The position numbers were made by a program, and so were the translations under genes. 64,000 nt of DNA from Opitutia bacterium. Lineage in GTDB: Bacteria; Verrucomicrobiota; Verrucomicrobiia; Opitutales; Opitutaceae. The stretch covers positions 288,001 to 352,000 of the forward strand of contig CANJVR010000002.1 in the NCBI GenBank assembly GCA_947478395.1. The letters are read 5' to 3'. The notes beneath the pieces are model-generated. The model was not told where the DNA came from. It ran no database searches and saw only the letters and a list, made by a program, of their open reading frames with translations. This document shows, in pieces, positions 29,179 through 38,715 of the stretch (position 1 is the first letter of the stretch; every line of letters begins with the position of its first letter).

Positions 29179-29738
29179 GGTGAAGAAAGAGATTTTCCGT
29201 CCGTTAAAAACGTGGGGTATGAAATTTTGAGGGCGAGCTGGAGCGACTGACCTTTTTGCTCCAAAGCAATTTGCTCAAAACGGGATAGGGGCCAGGCGCG
29301 TTCCATTTCTCCGAGCCAATTCATCAAGCGGTAATATTCGCTCGAGACCCCGGTGGCTTCGGCGAATCGGACCCGCTGGGGCTTGCCGCGCCAACTGTAG
29401 TCCGAGATTCCTGACTTTCGATTTTGGACTGAAATGGTAGATTCCGTGCCGAGACGAGTTAGATCGGTCAGCATGGCGGTCTCGTCGCGTTCAGCCCCGA
29501 GGGCTGAGTTCCAGGCGGCGATGAAGGTGTTGGCGGGCGAGGACGCCTTTTTCATGCTGTCCAGCGTAAGACTTTTGATTTTGAGGGAGTTCTCGATGGC
29601 GACCGCTTTCTCCTTGTTTTGATCGAGCGACGCGGTGGCGAGGGTTAAACTTTTGTGACTCTTAAACACCGCGAACGCGAAAATACAGACGACGCAAAGC
29701 AAGATGACCGAGGGCAATAAATAGCGGTTCGATTCCAT
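29175..29738 (-). CDS. PilO-like bitopic membrane protein
   Basis: N-terminal TM, coiled coil, YYRLMNWLGEMERAWPLSRFEQI ferredoxin-like C-terminus; synteny. Confidence 0.65.
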   Translation of the reverse strand: MESNRYLLPSVILLCVVCIFAFAVFKSHKSLTLATASLDQNKEKAVAIENSLKIKSLTLDSMKKASSPANTFIAAWNSALGAERDETAMLTDLTRLGTESTISVQNRKSGISDYSWRGKPQRVRFAEATGVSSEYYRLMNWLGEMERAWPLSRFEQIALEQKGQSLQLALKISYPTFLTDGKSLSSP

Positions 29739-29739
29739 T

Positions 29740-30333
29740 TTAGTTTAATTTTTCCCGTTTCAGCAGGGAGAAGTCCCCATTGCGGGGCAGGGCGACAATG
29801 GCGGAGAATTTCCAGCCCTCAGGGGAAGGGGAGTCGGTGTCGATCGTTGCCGTGCGAAAGCCAGCGAGATCGAGTGCGGACTGAATTTTAGCTATCTGGC
29901 GCGTGGCGGATTCTTGCTTAGAGGTCGTCAGCTCGACGGTAATTTTTGCGTTGGGCTGGGCCTGCTCCATCTCGATCGCTAGCCGAGAAAACGTCACGTT
30001 GGGTTCGAGTTGCTGCGTGATTAAAATAACTAGGGCTTGAGCCGGCGGGGTGATACTGAGCCAGTCGGACAAATCGCCGGCTTTGGCTCGGAGTTGCGCA
30101 ATACTATCGGCCTCTTTTTCGATCGCGCTTAGCTTCGATTCGTCCAACAAAAATTGCTTGGCTAGGATTTCGGATTCGGCCGTGACGCGAACCCCTTTTA
30201 GCACGGTGGTCCCGATGTAGATCGAAAAAGCAAGGATGGTCACATAAAACAGGACGATAGCGTTACTCAGCGCTGGCTTAAGCGGCCTTGGCAGCTCAGG
30301 CGGATTTATTTGGAGATCGTGCGCTAAAGTCAT
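29740..30333 (-). CDS. PilN-like bitopic membrane protein
   Basis: N-terminal TM, coiled coil, LEPNVTFSRLAI; synteny. Confidence 0.65.
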   Translation of the reverse strand: MTLAHDLQINPPELPRPLKPALSNAIVLFYVTILAFSIYIGTTVLKGVRVTAESEILAKQFLLDESKLSAIEKEADSIAQLRAKAGDLSDWLSITPPAQALVILITQQLEPNVTFSRLAIEMEQAQPNAKITVELTTSKQESATRQIAKIQSALDLAGFRTATIDTDSPSPEGWKFSAIVALPRNGDFSLLKREKLN

Positions 30334-30337
30334 AATA

Positions 30338-31240
30338 TTAATTGAGCACCGTTGAGTGAAACGCGAGGTGCGGGGTTTGCTTCATCACATCGAATTTGCG
30401 CGTTTCAGGGATGTCCCCGATCAAGTTGGAAAAATCCGCCATGCCCCCGTCGACGTAGGCGAGGCGACCGGATTCCCCGGGGGGCAGGGCATCGGCAATC
30501 GCCGTGGCAATCGCGCTGGCAGTGCTTTCATCGACGCTCGGATCGTACAGGATGGAGTGCCATCCCTCGTGATCAACGCGCAGAAACATATAGCTGCTTG
30601 GAAGCGTAATGAGCAGCGCGCGCACGTCTTTGGCGGCGGATAAACCTGATGCGTAAGCCAATTGAAGCATTTGGGCTTGTTCGCTCACGATTCTGACCAG
30701 ATGGAGGCCGGCGACATTGCAGATCTCAGCGATCTGATTGATTTCGGCCGCGCGGATTTTAAAGCGGGCGCTCGAATTACTCGACTCAGGGTGATGCACC
30801 AAAGCGTTTACGTCGTCGGTAATTTTATCATCCGGGAACAGAATCATCGGCTCGGTTCGCATCACTTTCATGGTTTCGACGTCGGCCAATATGCTAACCG
30901 AGGATAGAGCGGTTACGCTAAAACCATAGCCCAAGCCTACGGCGATATAGGTCGTATTATGTTTCGCGGCATAGGCACGGAGCGAATCGTTGAACTTATC
31001 GCGATCGGATAACGAAAAAAGCTGCTCATCGAAGAAAGACGGCCGGCCTTCTGCATCAAAAACGGCCAGAACCACCCTCCAGCTGTTTTTCGAGACGGAA
31101 GCCACCATGATTCGATTTTTACCGAGTTTGAAAAATCCCAAAAGCTTTCGCTCCATGAACCGACTGGAAATCGTTGATTCGATATCCAAGGGATCGGGTC
31201 GAAACCCGGAGAAGGAAAGTAGCGCCGTGAGTGGGTTCAC
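30338..31240 (-). CDS. Divergent PilM-like cytoplasmic protein
   Basis: ~300-aa soluble alpha/beta protein preceding the PilN/O-like genes; EICNVAGLHLVRI resembles the PilM AGLxxxxID motif. Confidence 0.55.
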   Translation of the reverse strand: MNPLTALLSFSGFRPDPLDIESTISSRFMERKLLGFFKLGKNRIMVASVSKNSWRVVLAVFDAEGRPSFFDEQLFSLSDRDKFNDSLRAYAAKHNTTYIAVGLGYGFSVTALSSVSILADVETMKVMRTEPMILFPDDKITDDVNALVHHPESSNSSARFKIRAAEINQIAEICNVAGLHLVRIVSEQAQMLQLAYASGLSAAKDVRALLITLPSSYMFLRVDHEGWHSILYDPSVDESTASAIATAIADALPPGESGRLAYVDGGMADFSNLIGDIPETRKFDVMKQTPHLAFHSTVLN

Positions 31241-31271
31241 GACTCAATTAAGGGGCGGCCGACTGAACAGA

Positions 31272-32348
31272 TTACAGCATTCCTGCAGCGATCCGCTTCA
31301 GCCTGGATTGTTCGAACAATTGCATGCCTTCGTTCGTCCCAACCTCAATGTCCTGCTTAAGGTGACCATAACGCCCGCCTCGGATTTTTGAGCTTATGGA
31401 CTGGTTCCAGGTCAATATCTCGTGGATCGGCACGACGGCCCGACGCTGATTAGCGGGATAAAGGAGTTGTTGCGCGACGCATATGCTCAGAGCCATGGCT
31501 AATGCGCCGGCTCCGCTTGAGCCAATTTCGGCGACCAGATCGCCCATGCGTTGCATGGCGCTCCCCACATCTTGTCCATGGATGGTGGAGACCACTTTAA
31601 CCCCCGTTAACGAAGCTTCCAGGGCGACTTCTGCTTCGTCCGAGTCCCGGATTTCACCCACCATGATGATGTCAGCGTGCATGCGTAGAGCCCGCTTCAG
31701 CGCTGAGGCAAACGTGGCGGTATGGGGGCCAACGGAAATCGAGGTGAAGCTGCTGCCGTTAGGTAAATCTTGGAACTCGAACTCGACCGGATCCTCGATG
31801 GTAACGACTCGAACTGGCCGGCGTTTCGCGTTTTCAACTAGAAGTGAAGCGATCGAGGTGGATTTTCCGTTGCCGGTTGATCCCGCGAACAGGACTAGAC
31901 CCGATTTGAGCTGCACGAATCGGTCCACCAAATCTGGAGGTAATAATAGATCCTCTGGCTTGGGTGCGACCCGAGGCAAAACTCGAAGGGTAAATTCTTC
32001 CCCGAAGGTGGCGCGCACGCGCGAAACACGCAGCCGTTGATAGCCAATCGAGCATCCATCTTCGCGGTAATTTTCACCGGGCGCCAGGTCGGGTGCTTCG
32101 GGATGGATGACTTGGCATAACTCGCTCCAGCCCCTCGGTCCGATTAATTTCTCGTTGAGGGGGGGGGATAAATAAGCGCCCCGTCCTTTCAGTCGGACCC
32201 GGCCAAGGTTGTTCACGCAGATGTCCGAAACTCCCTTGATAGCCGCCAGCGCCTGGAGCGTTTCCGACCAGGAATCGAGCGCCGTGAAGTCGTGCTTATC
32301 CGTAATGTTCGATGGTTTATCGCTGACCGATTGGGGCGGGATATTCAT
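31272..32348 (-). CDS. pilT: Type IV pilus retraction ATPase (PilT/PilU family)
   Basis: SDICV, GLVLFAGSTGNGKSTS, VTIEDPVEF, ALRMHADIIMVGEIRD, STIHG, GMQLFEQS. Confidence 0.9.
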   Translation of the reverse strand: MNIPPQSVSDKPSNITDKHDFTALDSWSETLQALAAIKGVSDICVNNLGRVRLKGRGAYLSPPLNEKLIGPRGWSELCQVIHPEAPDLAPGENYREDGCSIGYQRLRVSRVRATFGEEFTLRVLPRVAPKPEDLLLPPDLVDRFVQLKSGLVLFAGSTGNGKSTSIASLLVENAKRRPVRVVTIEDPVEFEFQDLPNGSSFTSISVGPHTATFASALKRALRMHADIIMVGEIRDSDEAEVALEASLTGVKVVSTIHGQDVGSAMQRMGDLVAEIGSSGAGALAMALSICVAQQLLYPANQRRAVVPIHEILTWNQSISSKIRGGRYGHLKQDIEVGTNEGMQLFEQSRLKRIAAGML

Positions 32349-32350
32349 GG

Positions 32351-33484
32351 TTACGGCGCCCTAACCGTGATGCTTTCTCCGCTGGATACAGTGGGTGAAG
32401 TGGAGTCGACTGCGGCATCAATGGCATAGCGAATAATTGAGCCCGGGACGGATGATGTCATCGCGACCTCCACCGCGCTAGACGAACCGCCGGTTGAGAG
32501 TGTAGGTTGCGGCAACGTCGTAACCAGCGGAGTTAAGGTTACACTGAGTACCGGCGTGGTGATGTTGTTACTGCCCGTTTCCGCGTAGGCTTTGAGCGAC
32601 ACGGTTGAAGACCATGAACCCAATGGGACATGGAAAGGCGAAGAGTAAGAGGTCGATGCAGCGCTTGGATTTGAGCCGTCGTAGGTAAAATAAATGCGAG
32701 TGCCGGCTGGTGCATTGCTGACCGAAAGAACGATCGGGTTAGTGGCCCCTGTGATCTCCGCGTAGGTAAAGCTCGTGGAGGACCCGCCCCCGGAGCGCGC
32801 GTAAACAATCGACAGTTGGCGGGATAAATTCGTTAAAACCGTCGGGCTCGCAGAGAACTGCGGGTCGGAATTAAACGCCGCCGTTTTGATCAACGAAGGC
32901 AGGGGATCAGCGCTCAAGGTAGAGGTAGCCGTGATCCAAATAGGGGACGTTGCGGTGGGATCGGAACCATCCGTAGTGTAGCGGTAGACCGTACCCGCGG
33001 GATTACCTGCAGCCGCTAAAATCAGGTTGGAAAGCCCTGGGCTGAATTCGCTTTCGGGCACCACCCCTGAGACGCGAAAACTGGGGGGCGAAAGCGCGAC
33101 TGCGACAGGGGCTGCGACGGCTGATCCCGTTGAGGAGATAACGTAGCCAAGCGCGGTCGAACGCCCACTGGCGTCGGAGGTCGCAGTGTAGCCGATGATA
33201 TCGGCTGAGCCGGTTAAATTCCGGCCCAAAGCGGCTGAACTGGCGAAGGTCGCGTTTGGATTCGAGCCTAATCCACTCACGGCGTGGGCCAGGGGGTTAG
33301 CGGTTGGGCCCGTTGCACTCGGTGCAGAAAGAGCCAACTCACTCTGGAATACCCGGTAGGCATCCTCTTGCACCCGGGTATTCATCTCGCGCCGTTCTTG
33401 GCCGACGGAATTCGAATACTGCACGATACCGGCGGTGGTTAGACCCAATAGAACCACGGCCAGAACTACGGATACGAGGTTCAT
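32351..33484 (-). CDS. Minor pilin-like protein with chitobiase/beta-hexosaminidase C-terminal (Fn3-associated)-type domains
   Basis: Hydrophobic N-terminal helix; YRYTTDGSDPTATSP and IYFTYDGSNPSAASTSYSSPF motifs. Confidence 0.7.
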   Translation of the reverse strand: MNLVSVVLAVVLLGLTTAGIVQYSNSVGQERREMNTRVQEDAYRVFQSELALSAPSATGPTANPLAHAVSGLGSNPNATFASSAALGRNLTGSADIIGYTATSDASGRSTALGYVISSTGSAVAAPVAVALSPPSFRVSGVVPESEFSPGLSNLILAAAGNPAGTVYRYTTDGSDPTATSPIWITATSTLSADPLPSLIKTAAFNSDPQFSASPTVLTNLSRQLSIVYARSGGGSSTSFTYAEITGATNPIVLSVSNAPAGTRIYFTYDGSNPSAASTSYSSPFHVPLGSWSSTVSLKAYAETGSNNITTPVLSVTLTPLVTTLPQPTLSTGGSSSAVEVAMTSSVPGSIIRYAIDAAVDSTSPTVSSGESITVRAP

Positions 33485-34794
33485 GGTAAATTTGAGCGGG
33501 TCGAAAGCAGCAGCACGCGGGGCGTGATATTTTCGAGGTCGGTTTGGGCTTGGGTGTCGGGGTAAGCCGTAAGATTGGGGGCTGCCGCGAATAGTTGGGG
33601 GTAGGCTACGAGACCCGAGACGGAGAAAGCGCCATCCACGGCGGTGGTCGGGAACATCAAAAGTGCGCCCCGGATTGAAATGTTGGCGCTCTGCGGGGTG
33701 ATGGTTGTATTCGGGGCGTAGAGTAAAACGGTCCGTGAATTATTATTTAGCAGTCTTACCTGAGTCTTGGTGGAGGTGAAATTTCTGACTGCGATCACCA
33801 CGGGGAGTCCGTTTGAGGCAGAACCTGTGATTTCGACTACCCCCGTGCCGAGTGAGTCTACGAAGACGATCAGACCGGCCGTGGTTACGGATAAGTTCAC
33901 CGCTGCGACGGACCCATTCCAAATTACGCCGCTCGGCACATTGTCAGGCTTGGTGAAATCGAAAGTCCCGCTGGCACCGGCGCTGGTCAGCAGCGCGTTT
34001 TGGTAAGTCAGGCTGGTCCAAAATTCGAAGGCGTTCCAAGTGAGGGAAACAAGATCGCGGTAAAAATAAGGTAAGCCCGTGCCTAAGCCGTTAAACAGGG
34101 AGGGGAACGTGCCCGATTCACCCGCGTACGAATTGGCCAGCGGTGAAACGAAGCTCGATGGGCGAGTAAAGGTCGGTGCGTTGGGGGTGCCGCTTGATAC
34201 CCCGCCGACTGCAGAAGGTTGCCCGTATGCGATCCACGTAAAATTACCAAGAGGGACGGAGAACAAGCGGGCGGTGATGTCGTACTGGGTGGTTTCACCG
34301 GGGATCGCGGAGTTCGTTTCCGTGAATGCGAATACGCGGGTGCCCAAATCCGCAAATCGGCCGGCGCTCAGGAGTGCCTGCAAATTGCGGCCCACGGGAG
34401 TAAGGCTCGAGAAATTGCCGACCGCAGCATTTACAGGAGACCCAAAGGGGAACTGGGGATTGTCGGGCAGCGTAATGGTATTATTGGACGCGTTACTTAC
34501 GATCACGCTGGTGCCTGAACTAACGGCTCCCACGCGGGTAGCTATCGCGCTCGAGAGGGTTGCCGTTGATGTTGTCGGTGCAGTCTCAGCGACTGACAAA
34601 ATAGCCTCCTTGGTTGCTGAGGCCACCGCGCGGGCCTCGATTTGCCGCTGACGCCGGATATCCCACGCCAAAGAGGTGGTAAACGCGGCCAAGGAGACCT
34701 GAAAGAGAGCCGCCAGTAACAGCATCATCGCGACAACCATGACCGCGACGTAGGCCGCGATATAACCACGAGTTAAATTTGGCCGTGTATCCAT
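33481..34794 (-). CDS. PilX/GspK-like minor pilin
   Basis: RG|YIAAYV class III signal lacking Glu5, then QIEARAVASAT; large beta-rich C-terminus. Confidence 0.7.
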   Translation of the reverse strand: MDTRPNLTRGYIAAYVAVMVVAMMLLLAALFQVSLAAFTTSLAWDIRRQRQIEARAVASATKEAILSVAETAPTTSTATLSSAIATRVGAVSSGTSVIVSNASNNTITLPDNPQFPFGSPVNAAVGNFSSLTPVGRNLQALLSAGRFADLGTRVFAFTETNSAIPGETTQYDITARLFSVPLGNFTWIAYGQPSAVGGVSSGTPNAPTFTRPSSFVSPLANSYAGESGTFPSLFNGLGTGLPYFYRDLVSLTWNAFEFWTSLTYQNALLTSAGASGTFDFTKPDNVPSGVIWNGSVAAVNLSVTTAGLIVFVDSLGTGVVEITGSASNGLPVVIAVRNFTSTKTQVRLLNNNSRTVLLYAPNTTITPQSANISIRGALLMFPTTAVDGAFSVSGLVAYPQLFAAAPNLTAYPDTQAQTDLENITPRVLLLSTRSNLP

Positions 34795-34795
34795 G

Positions 34796-35650
34796 TCAAA
34801 AAGACGAGGTGTTCGCGAAATAAACGAACCGGGACATGGGTTTCACCTTCGTGTCCGAAGCGTTAACGGACAAAACGAAAGGGTCGGGAAAAATTAAGCG
34901 CGAGCCGGCCTGTTCGCTTCGACCCCACCAAGTTGACTCGTTGCGGTACCAGTAATGTTGCGCCCCGATTCCCATCGACCAGACGTCTTCGTCGGGGGGG
35001 AGCCAAAAGCGGTAGGCATACGTCTTCCAAGTTGTGGAAGGGAGCGTCCGGCTTTGGAGTCTGGTTTCGTAGAGGACGCGGGCACTGCCATCGATTGCAA
35101 CGCTGTAGCGCCTCACTTGGGCGATCGCGATGATCTGGTTTAGGCCCTGCAAAACTAGCACCGTGAAATCGTTTACAGATGCGGTGGTTTCAAAATGCCC
35201 AGCCAGGTCACTCGCAGCCGCCGAAACGAAGTTTGGGGTGGTGGTAGTGGCCGTGGGGGGGAGCGATGCCAGGGAGGTCAATGTTTGGGTCGAAAACGTG
35301 AGCCTAAGCGGGTTAGTCACCGCCGGGGCTAAGGCGTCGAAATTAGACCCACCCAGCACGACCACCAAATCACCCGCCGAGAGCTGGCTTGAAAGCTCTT
35401 GGTGCAGATCCATCGCGTCGAGGAGGTCGGTTTTTGCAACGCCGTCCTGAGTCGAGCGCATCACGGGCGCCAAGACATAGTTCTGCCCGTTATAGACCAC
35501 GACTGGCCTCACGAGCGTAGTTTGCAGCGACGAGAAAAACATAATCGTCGAGGCCAAGATTATTACTGTCAGCAAGGCTCCTCCGATCAATTCGACCAGC
35601 GTGAATCCACGATGAGGCTTGAGAAAGGATCTGCGCATCTTGCGCCTCAA
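34796..35650 (-). CDS. PilW/GspJ-like minor pilin
   Basis: RG|FTLVELI prepilin motif. Confidence 0.8.
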   Translation of the reverse strand: MRRKMRRSFLKPHRGFTLVELIGGALLTVIILASTIMFFSSLQTTLVRPVVVYNGQNYVLAPVMRSTQDGVAKTDLLDAMDLHQELSSQLSAGDLVVVLGGSNFDALAPAVTNPLRLTFSTQTLTSLASLPPTATTTTPNFVSAAASDLAGHFETTASVNDFTVLVLQGLNQIIAIAQVRRYSVAIDGSARVLYETRLQSRTLPSTTWKTYAYRFWLPPDEDVWSMGIGAQHYWYRNESTWWGRSEQAGSRLIFPDPFVLSVNASDTKVKPMSRFVYFANTSSF

Positions 35651-36042
35651 TACGGAACAGGACCCGCGGGGCCTGTAATTGTGACGCGAGTTGAAAGCGA
35701 CGTGCCTAGGCTGAATGTATAGCCCGGAGGTGTAAATTGAGACAGGGTCAGGCTCTCAGCGTAGGAAACCCGATCCCGAATCAACAACCAGCTCGCGTTA
35801 TCATCCGCGGCGGCAGCCCAAGTTGTAGCGGCGGTAGACACCCGCAATTCGTAGCTTTTTTTGGCTGAATTAATACTATTAGCCAGCGACACGGCATTGC
35901 GATCTCGGCCGGTCGCGACGCCGTCTTTAACGAAGGAGACTGTTATGGCGCCAAAAATCCCCAGCAAGACCGTAACGCACAGTAACTCAACAAGAGTAAA
36001 AGCGCGGATTCGGGCGTAAATCGTAATTGATCTATGGGTCAT
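35647..36042 (-). CDS. Type IV pilin (minor), paralogous to the major pilins
   Basis: RA|FTLVELLCVTVLLGI; N-terminus resembles the twin major pilins. Confidence 0.85.
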   Translation of the reverse strand: MTHRSITIYARIRAFTLVELLCVTVLLGIFGAITVSFVKDGVATGRDRNAVSLANSINSAKKSYELRVSTAATTWAAAADDNASWLLIRDRVSYAESLTLSQFTPPGYTFSLGTSLSTRVTITGPAGPVPY

Positions 36043-36060
36043 CTTCCAATCGCAGGCAGG

Positions 36061-36097
36061 AAAAAAGCAAAAGGCCGGCTTTGAAAGCCGGCCTTGC
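36061..36097 (-). terminator. Intrinsic terminator/attenuator downstream of the major pilins
   Basis: Minus strand reads GCAAGGCCGGCTTTCAAAGCCGGCCTTTTGCTTTTTT: strong hairpin followed by a T-run. Confidence 0.8.
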
Positions 36098-36120
36098 GTA
36101 CATTTAAAACTAAAGCGCTA

Positions 36121-36588
36121 TCATGGATTGCTACCTGCAATGCCCGTAAATACCGGTGCGCCGTTGACCCACGTATAGGTATACGAAGTGGTCGTGATGG
36201 CGCGGCCCAAAGCAGCGGTATTACCATAAGATTGAATACCTGCTCCGGAGAGTAACGTTAGGAAGTTGGTCACATCCGCCGCAACCGCAGCGGCTGGCAA
36301 CGCAACGGTGGCCGCGGTTGTCGCTGTGCCTTGGGTAACAGCGTAGGCCGCCTGATTTAGGTTTGAGCCAGCCGAGCGCAGGTTGTTGACCAGATTGTTG
36401 ATCTCGTTGGCGTTTTTCGCCAGAGCGTTAGCGCGACCGGTGGTGGCTGTATCGCGCATGAGCGAGACGCCAATACCGCCGAGAATGCCCAAGAGAACAA
36501 CGACGCAAAGGATCTCTACGAGAGTAAAGCCCTTCGATTTTTTGATCGATTGGGTGATGTTTTTGATCGAACTTTTAACTGTATTCAT
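36121..36588 (-). CDS. Major type IV pilin, copy 2
   Basis: KG|FTLVEILCVVVLLGILGGIG; 155 aa. Confidence 0.9.
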   Translation of the reverse strand: MNTVKSSIKNITQSIKKSKGFTLVEILCVVVLLGILGGIGVSLMRDTATTGRANALAKNANEINNLVNNLRSAGSNLNQAAYAVTQGTATTAATVALPAAAVAADVTNFLTLLSGAGIQSYGNTAALGRAITTTSYTYTWVNGAPVFTGIAGSNP

Positions 36589-36645
36589 ATATTTTGATTT
36601 GAGGTTTATCTGTCAGGTGGATTTTCCTTACGGAAAGTAGCTAAA

Positions 36646-37113
36646 TTAAGGATTTGAGCCTGCAATGCCCGTAAACACCGGTGCGCCGTTGACCCACGTA
36701 TAGGTATACGAAGTGGTCGTGATAACGCGGCCCAAAGCAGCGGTATTACCATAAGATTGAATACCTGCTCCGGAGAGTAACGTTAGGAAGGCGGTCACAT
36801 CCGCCGCAACCGCAGCGGCTGGCAACGCAACGGTGGCCGGGGTTGTCCCCGTACCTTGGGTAACAGCGTAGACTGCCTGATTAAAGTTTGAGCCAGCAGA
36901 CCGCAGGTTGTTAACGGCGCTATTGATCTCACGGGCGTTTTTCGCCAAGGCGTTAGCACGGCCCGTGGCGGCGGTGTCACGCATAAGCGAGATGCCAATA
37001 CCGCCGAGAATGCCCAGAAGAACAACGACACAGAGGATTTCTACCAAGGTAAAACCCTTCGAGTTTTTGATCGAATGAGTAACTTTTCGGATAGAACTTT
37101 TAATCTGAACCAT
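36646..37113 (-). CDS. Major type IV pilin, copy 1
   Basis: KG|FTLVEILCVVVLLGILGGIG; 155 aa; near-identical paralog of 36121..36588. Confidence 0.9.
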   Translation of the reverse strand: MVQIKSSIRKVTHSIKNSKGFTLVEILCVVVLLGILGGIGISLMRDTAATGRANALAKNAREINSAVNNLRSAGSNFNQAVYAVTQGTGTTPATVALPAAAVAADVTAFLTLLSGAGIQSYGNTAALGRVITTTSYTYTWVNGAPVFTGIAGSNP

Positions 37114-37256
37114 TTTTCCGGCTATGGGTTAGTAAAACATTTGTTAATAAAGATCTGCCCTTCCCAATTAAGGGGGAGCTAAAGCAGGTTTCCGCGTTAG
37201 CCCCGGGCAGGGATTCCAGTGGATCAATCAACTAAATTTCCGATTTCTGCGGATGA

Positions 37257-37278
37257 AAATTTACCGGTAAATTTACCG
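37257..37278. promoter_or_regulatory. Candidate operator: perfect 18-bp palindrome AAATTTACCGGTAAATTT overlapping a second palindrome CGGTAAATTTACCG
   Basis: Seen directly ~145 bp upstream of the first pilin start codon. Confidence 0.5.
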
Positions 37279-38288
37279 CAAATCATTGGTTTAAAGTCGT
37301 CTCCGTAATTAAACTTGCCCTATTCCGGACGAATTTAGGCTAATTTTAATATCTCCGACGGGGACTATGGAGGGGCGATGCCGGATGAAAAAATCCGGGA
37401 ATTGGGACCACCTAGAGAAGAAATAGGGCCTCGGTAGAGTCGAACGCTCAGGGGCGAACTAAAGTGCGATTTCTCGGCGGTGAGACTCCCAGAAAGCGGT
37501 GTTTTCTGAATTTCTCCTCTGAGATATACTTACTTTGGAACGTAAAATGGCCCTGAAAATGGCCCAAAAATGCACGATTTCGCGCCCACAATCCCTTGAG
37601 GATTACCGTCCCGAAAAATGATTTTTTCTAAGACTACAAAAAACGTTTATGCCCCCCGTTTTCTCCTCTGAAGCGATAGGGTGGGGGTGGTGGCTTAAAA
37701 AGCCCCAACGGGAGTAACCGTGAACGAGGTCGCCGCCGAGCGCCCAACCAGACGGGCCCAACCAGCGCAGCAGGTAGATGACCCGTGATAGCTATACCAA
37801 TCCCCGTTCACTCGGGGGCAACTACCCTCGAACCCATGTCTCAAACCGCGTTTAGGGCGCCTGTATCCTGTCCGCTTTGCATACGAAAAGAGAACACTAT
37901 GAAAACATTCCGCCCGTTAATATTTTTGGCCTTCGTTGCCTTCCGTGTTGTCCAGGTCCGGGCGCGAACCAATACCCTTGCCAAGGCCGTAATTTTTGGA
38001 CGACAAAAAACCGTTTCGTCCCCTAGTTTTAGCTCTGAGAGTGCAGGGATGGGGTGGGGGTCGTAAACCGTGCCGATTTCGTGCGGTCCAACGTAACGGG
38101 GCTAGGGTAGGGGGAAACGTCAGCCGCAAACCAACCGCCGGCCTTTGATTTGACGTGCTGGGCCCGCCGAGCAACGCCCCCAAAAAAATAGGCGGACGTC
38201 ATCGGGCGGGATGGTGCGCGCCAGAACGCCCCTTCATTGCGCCCATAATGTATTTCATGAACAGGCCATTATTTTTCGCCGCTTTATC

Positions 38289-38453
38289 ATGAAGCTTATC
38301 ATTTTTGTCTTCATGAGCGTATTCAATTATCTGGGTTGGGCTTTAGCTGATTCGTGCGGCTTCGAAATATTCGGATGTTTTGTGATCAGCGGCTTGATCA
38401 GTATAATCGGCGTTTGGGTCGGATGGAAAATCGGTACTCGTCTCGGATACTAA
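38289..38453 (+). CDS. Small two-TM membrane protein
   Basis: MKLIIFVFMSVFNYLGWALAD...FVISGLISIIGVWVGWKIG: two hydrophobic helices with Gly-Trp motifs. Confidence 0.7.
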   Translation: MKLIIFVFMSVFNYLGWALADSCGFEIFGCFVISGLISIIGVWVGWKIGTRLGY

Positions 38454-38715
38454 ACCAAATCGGCACGCGAACGATCACGTCCCTGCCAAGCCCGTGAGCT
38501 CCTCGAGCTGCATCCGCGGTCTCTCGCCTTTCTGGCATCAGCCGATCGTGTCACTGAAATACCAATTGACCTGCTAATTCGGGTGGCAAACTCCGCGAAC
38601 GTGTAGTTTTTTTTAAATCCCAGTAAACTCGATCAATGTCCGCCGAATCTTCGTCTCAAAAAAATGTGGATCTAGCTTCGGATGCGACGCCCCACGTTAC
38701 AGCCCTGAAAATTCA

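Noticed and set aside
36121..37113. Diversity-generating retroelement (TR/VR pair) between the twin pilins, or among the adhesin repeats
   Set aside because: No reverse transcriptase in the window, both copies are intact genes, and the differences are not confined to adenines.
16620..37113. Calling the locus a type II secretion system or Tad pilus
   Set aside because: A PilT-type retraction ATPase, ~155-aa major pilins and a PilM/N/O/P-like series fit a retractile type IV pilus better; no Flp pilin or TadA/B/C pattern.
37168..37182. CRISPR spacer 1 self-targeting the pilin upstream region (GGGGAGCTA) or 40805-40816 (CCGCTTACATCG)
   Set aside because: Only 9-12 nt matches, compatible with chance in 64 kb; no extended complementarity.
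37899..38066. Short ORF MKTFRPLIFLAFVAF... with a signal-peptide-like start
   Set aside because: Only ~55 aa with no recognisable mature domain; may be a remnant, but cannot be supported as a gene.
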